Assembly (NCBI RefSeq): GCF_009914755.1
Contig: NC_060931.1
Reading direction: 5' to 3' (one strand)
DNA from: the human T2T-CHM13v2.0 reference genome, Homo sapiens
Length of the DNA: 64,000 bases
The first letter of the stretch is position 1. Each line of letters begins with the position of its first letter. The translations under genes and the position numbers were made by a program. The notes under the pieces were generated by a model. It made no database searches. It saw only the letters and a program-made list of their open reading frames with translations, and had not been told where the DNA came from. Shown here one piece after another: positions 59,176-64,000 of this stretch.

Positions 59176-60913
59176 CAGCCTCATCCAGCCTCTGAGGAAC
59201 TGCAGAGACAGAGGGCAGATGGTTCAGAGGTGCAGGCCGGGGTTGGCTCACCTGCCAGCGGCTCCGGGCCCCAACCTCCTTGGCAGCCTCTGCCTCACCT
59301 GCTCACGCGGCCCTCGGGCAGCCCAGGCTGTGGGCACCAAGGGGTCCTGCCGGCTTCTCAGGCAGCAGAGTCCTCCGGGTCCTGAGTGTGGTGTGCCTTG
59401 GGAACATGCGGGAGGCAGAGAAGAACAGGAAGGGATTGAAACCGCTCCCTCCACCCACTCCTGCCCGAGGCACCAGAGGCAGCCTCAAAAAAAGCAAAAG
59501 GTCCAGCCTTCTGTGGATCTCAGGGATGCAGGAGGGGAGGCCAGGGTGGGGACAAAGGCGGGGACCAAAAAGCCGTGTGGGTTCTAGAACATTCCTAGCT
59601 GGGCCTTGATCCGTGGCACCGTCGAGGGGTGTGGCCCCTCCGGGGAGGCTGGAGAGGTGAGCTGCAGTCAGGAACCGACGGGCCCCTCTGCGGGCACTGA
59701 AGGCCAAAGATCTGACTATCAGCCTCTGGCCACAGGGCTGGGTGGCCCAGGGCCCCCACAGCATGAGGGTTCAGGGAGGAATGGCAGAAACCCCCCGCTG
59801 GGAACCAGGAGACCCCCAGCTCATCACTCCCTGATCTTGGGCACGCTGTCCTCAGCCCTTCCTGTGCCTCAGTTTCCCCTCTGTGACATGGAGATGGGAG
59901 GTTTGTTGTGAGGATTTGTGATGGTGAATCTGGGCCAAAGCTGTGGTAGCCCTGCAGGGAGGACCCCGAGGACCCCACTCACCTGGAGAGGCTGGCCGCC
60001 TGGCATTTGCAGGGCTAGGGCTAGGGCTGGGCCAGGGGACTGGCGGCCGCTCATCCTGAAGGTTCCTCCTGGCACCTGCCCCTGGTGAATCAGGGCTGCA
60101 GCCCGGCCTGGGCCTCAGGCTCTGTGACCTAATGGAACTGTCTCAATATTTTCTGCAGCTTCTGCGGTGCTGCCTGGACGCGGCCCACAGGGAGGTGGCC
60201 TGGCCACACGGAGGCTGTTTGTGAACCGATGCCAGGCACACCCTCCCCCAGGCACGAGTCTCCCCTCTGGCCTCATCCCTGCCCCACCCCACGCTCAGGG
60301 AACCCCCTCCCTGTCTTTAAGGCTGATTTCCTCGGTGCGTTCCCCGGGCTGCGTGGGCCATGGCGGATAACCCGCCTGACCCCGTCCACTCGGCTGTCGG
60401 TACCCACCTGTCAGCCCCACCTGCGTGTCCCCCCGGAAGGCAGGGCCCGAGTCTCACCCACTCTGCACGTCAGGGCCTCACCCAGCAGCAGACATTGTCG
60501 AGAAGCAATAAATGTTTGTTGAATGAACAAGGAGGCTAATACAGCCGGGGCGGGGCTGGGGGGGTGGGTGATCAGCAGGAAACAGTGATGACCGGGCCTC
60601 GGGAAGGAGCCGTGGTTACTCCCAGCAGGTGGGACCCTGCAGTCAGCCCAGATTCCTCACGGCTCCACCCTCAGGATTGGGGAAGGAGAAATCAGAATTC
60701 CTGGGAATTATCAGAAATTCTTACAATCATACGTTAGTCTGTATTCGCCCTATAACATGTTATTTTCATGTTTTTATGTAATATTGACTGGCCATCATGA
60801 TAAGAGTAAACGATTTTCTGTGATAGAATCATACTAAACTTTTCGGGGCTTTTCTATTTTAAGAAGATTTAATAATAAATGTGTGGTTCAGTGTGATTTA
60901 AAACAGATCTGGA

Positions 60914-61743
<830 letters not shown>

Positions 61744-62014
61744 TTAGCAGCATTTCCAAGGATAGGTAGCTTGTAGCAAACACTCGAGCACTAGAAAACG
61801 GCGTACAGGCTTCGGGGTAACGTCCAGTACCACGGTGCTCACTCCCACAGGCAAGGCTGGCACCAGGGGCTGGAAGCGCCCACCTGAGGGCTCCGAGCAG
61901 GCAGCCTCGAACACAGGGTGAGGACAGCGTAGGAGGTGTGAGGAGTCCCTGGTGCTGACATTACAGGAGGCATGCAGGCTCCCTGGTGCCAATGGCACTT
62001 GGTCTCATCATTAG

Positions 62015-62510
<496 letters not shown>

Positions 62511-62994
62511 GCAGTTGTTATGTTCTAATTCTCGCAAAATTATACTCCTTGTTCCTGTTTTACGAATTTCTCCATTGATTTTTCTCGGTTCAGAAAATTG
62601 TATCTACTTCCTGGGAAAGGCTAGGAAGGAAGTTCTGCAGGAAAGCATCATGGAGAGCAGCCGAGCTGGTGAGACCGGTGAGGCCCATGGTGATGAGCCG
62701 CTTGTGGGGCTCGTCCGTGTCTGTGTGCATTCACGCAAACGGCAGAGACCAGACAAACTGTGCACCCAGTACCTCCCAGCCCAGAGACCTCTTTAATCAA
62801 TATTTACTATATGGCCTGACCATAGTATAGATTTTTTATATAAATTAGGGTTTTTATTAGCACATTAATTCCCAATTTGGGGGCAGTACTTCTGCGGACA
62901 TTTTGGAGTCACTGTGCTTTGTTAGAACCTTGCCATGGCTGAGGTTTTGCACACACGGTGTAGAAGCAAGCACTGTTATTAAAAGGGGTGTCTG

Positions 62995-63995
<1,001 letters not shown>

Positions 63996-64000
63996 AATCA

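Overview
This is primate, almost certainly human, genomic DNA: very Alu-dense, with MaLR LTRs, L1/L2/MIR and MER/Tigger fossils. The first ~47 kb hold the last eight coding exons and 3'UTR of UBE3C (HECT E3 ubiquitin ligase; 7q36.3 from established knowledge) on the + strand. All eight exons have GT-AG boundaries with matching phases and splice into one open frame ending ...[11 protein letters not shown]...AAGFELS*. One 67-bp exon is absent from the ORF track. The last intron holds an antisense RPL36A processed pseudogene (split by an Alu, with a 28-bp minisatellite grown from its coding sequence) and a 10-copy Alu-head+(CA)n composite tandem array. Downstream are a non-Alu ~155-bp inverted duplication (~93% identical, 1.3 kb apart), a short interspaced palindromic repeat triplet and an apparently orphan CpG island. 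Almost all other ORFs in the track are Alu- or GC-driven artefacts. I see no convincing evidence of a wholly new multi-gene system; the best leads are structural or regulatory oddities. Repeat boundaries and subfamily names were called by eye and are approximate.
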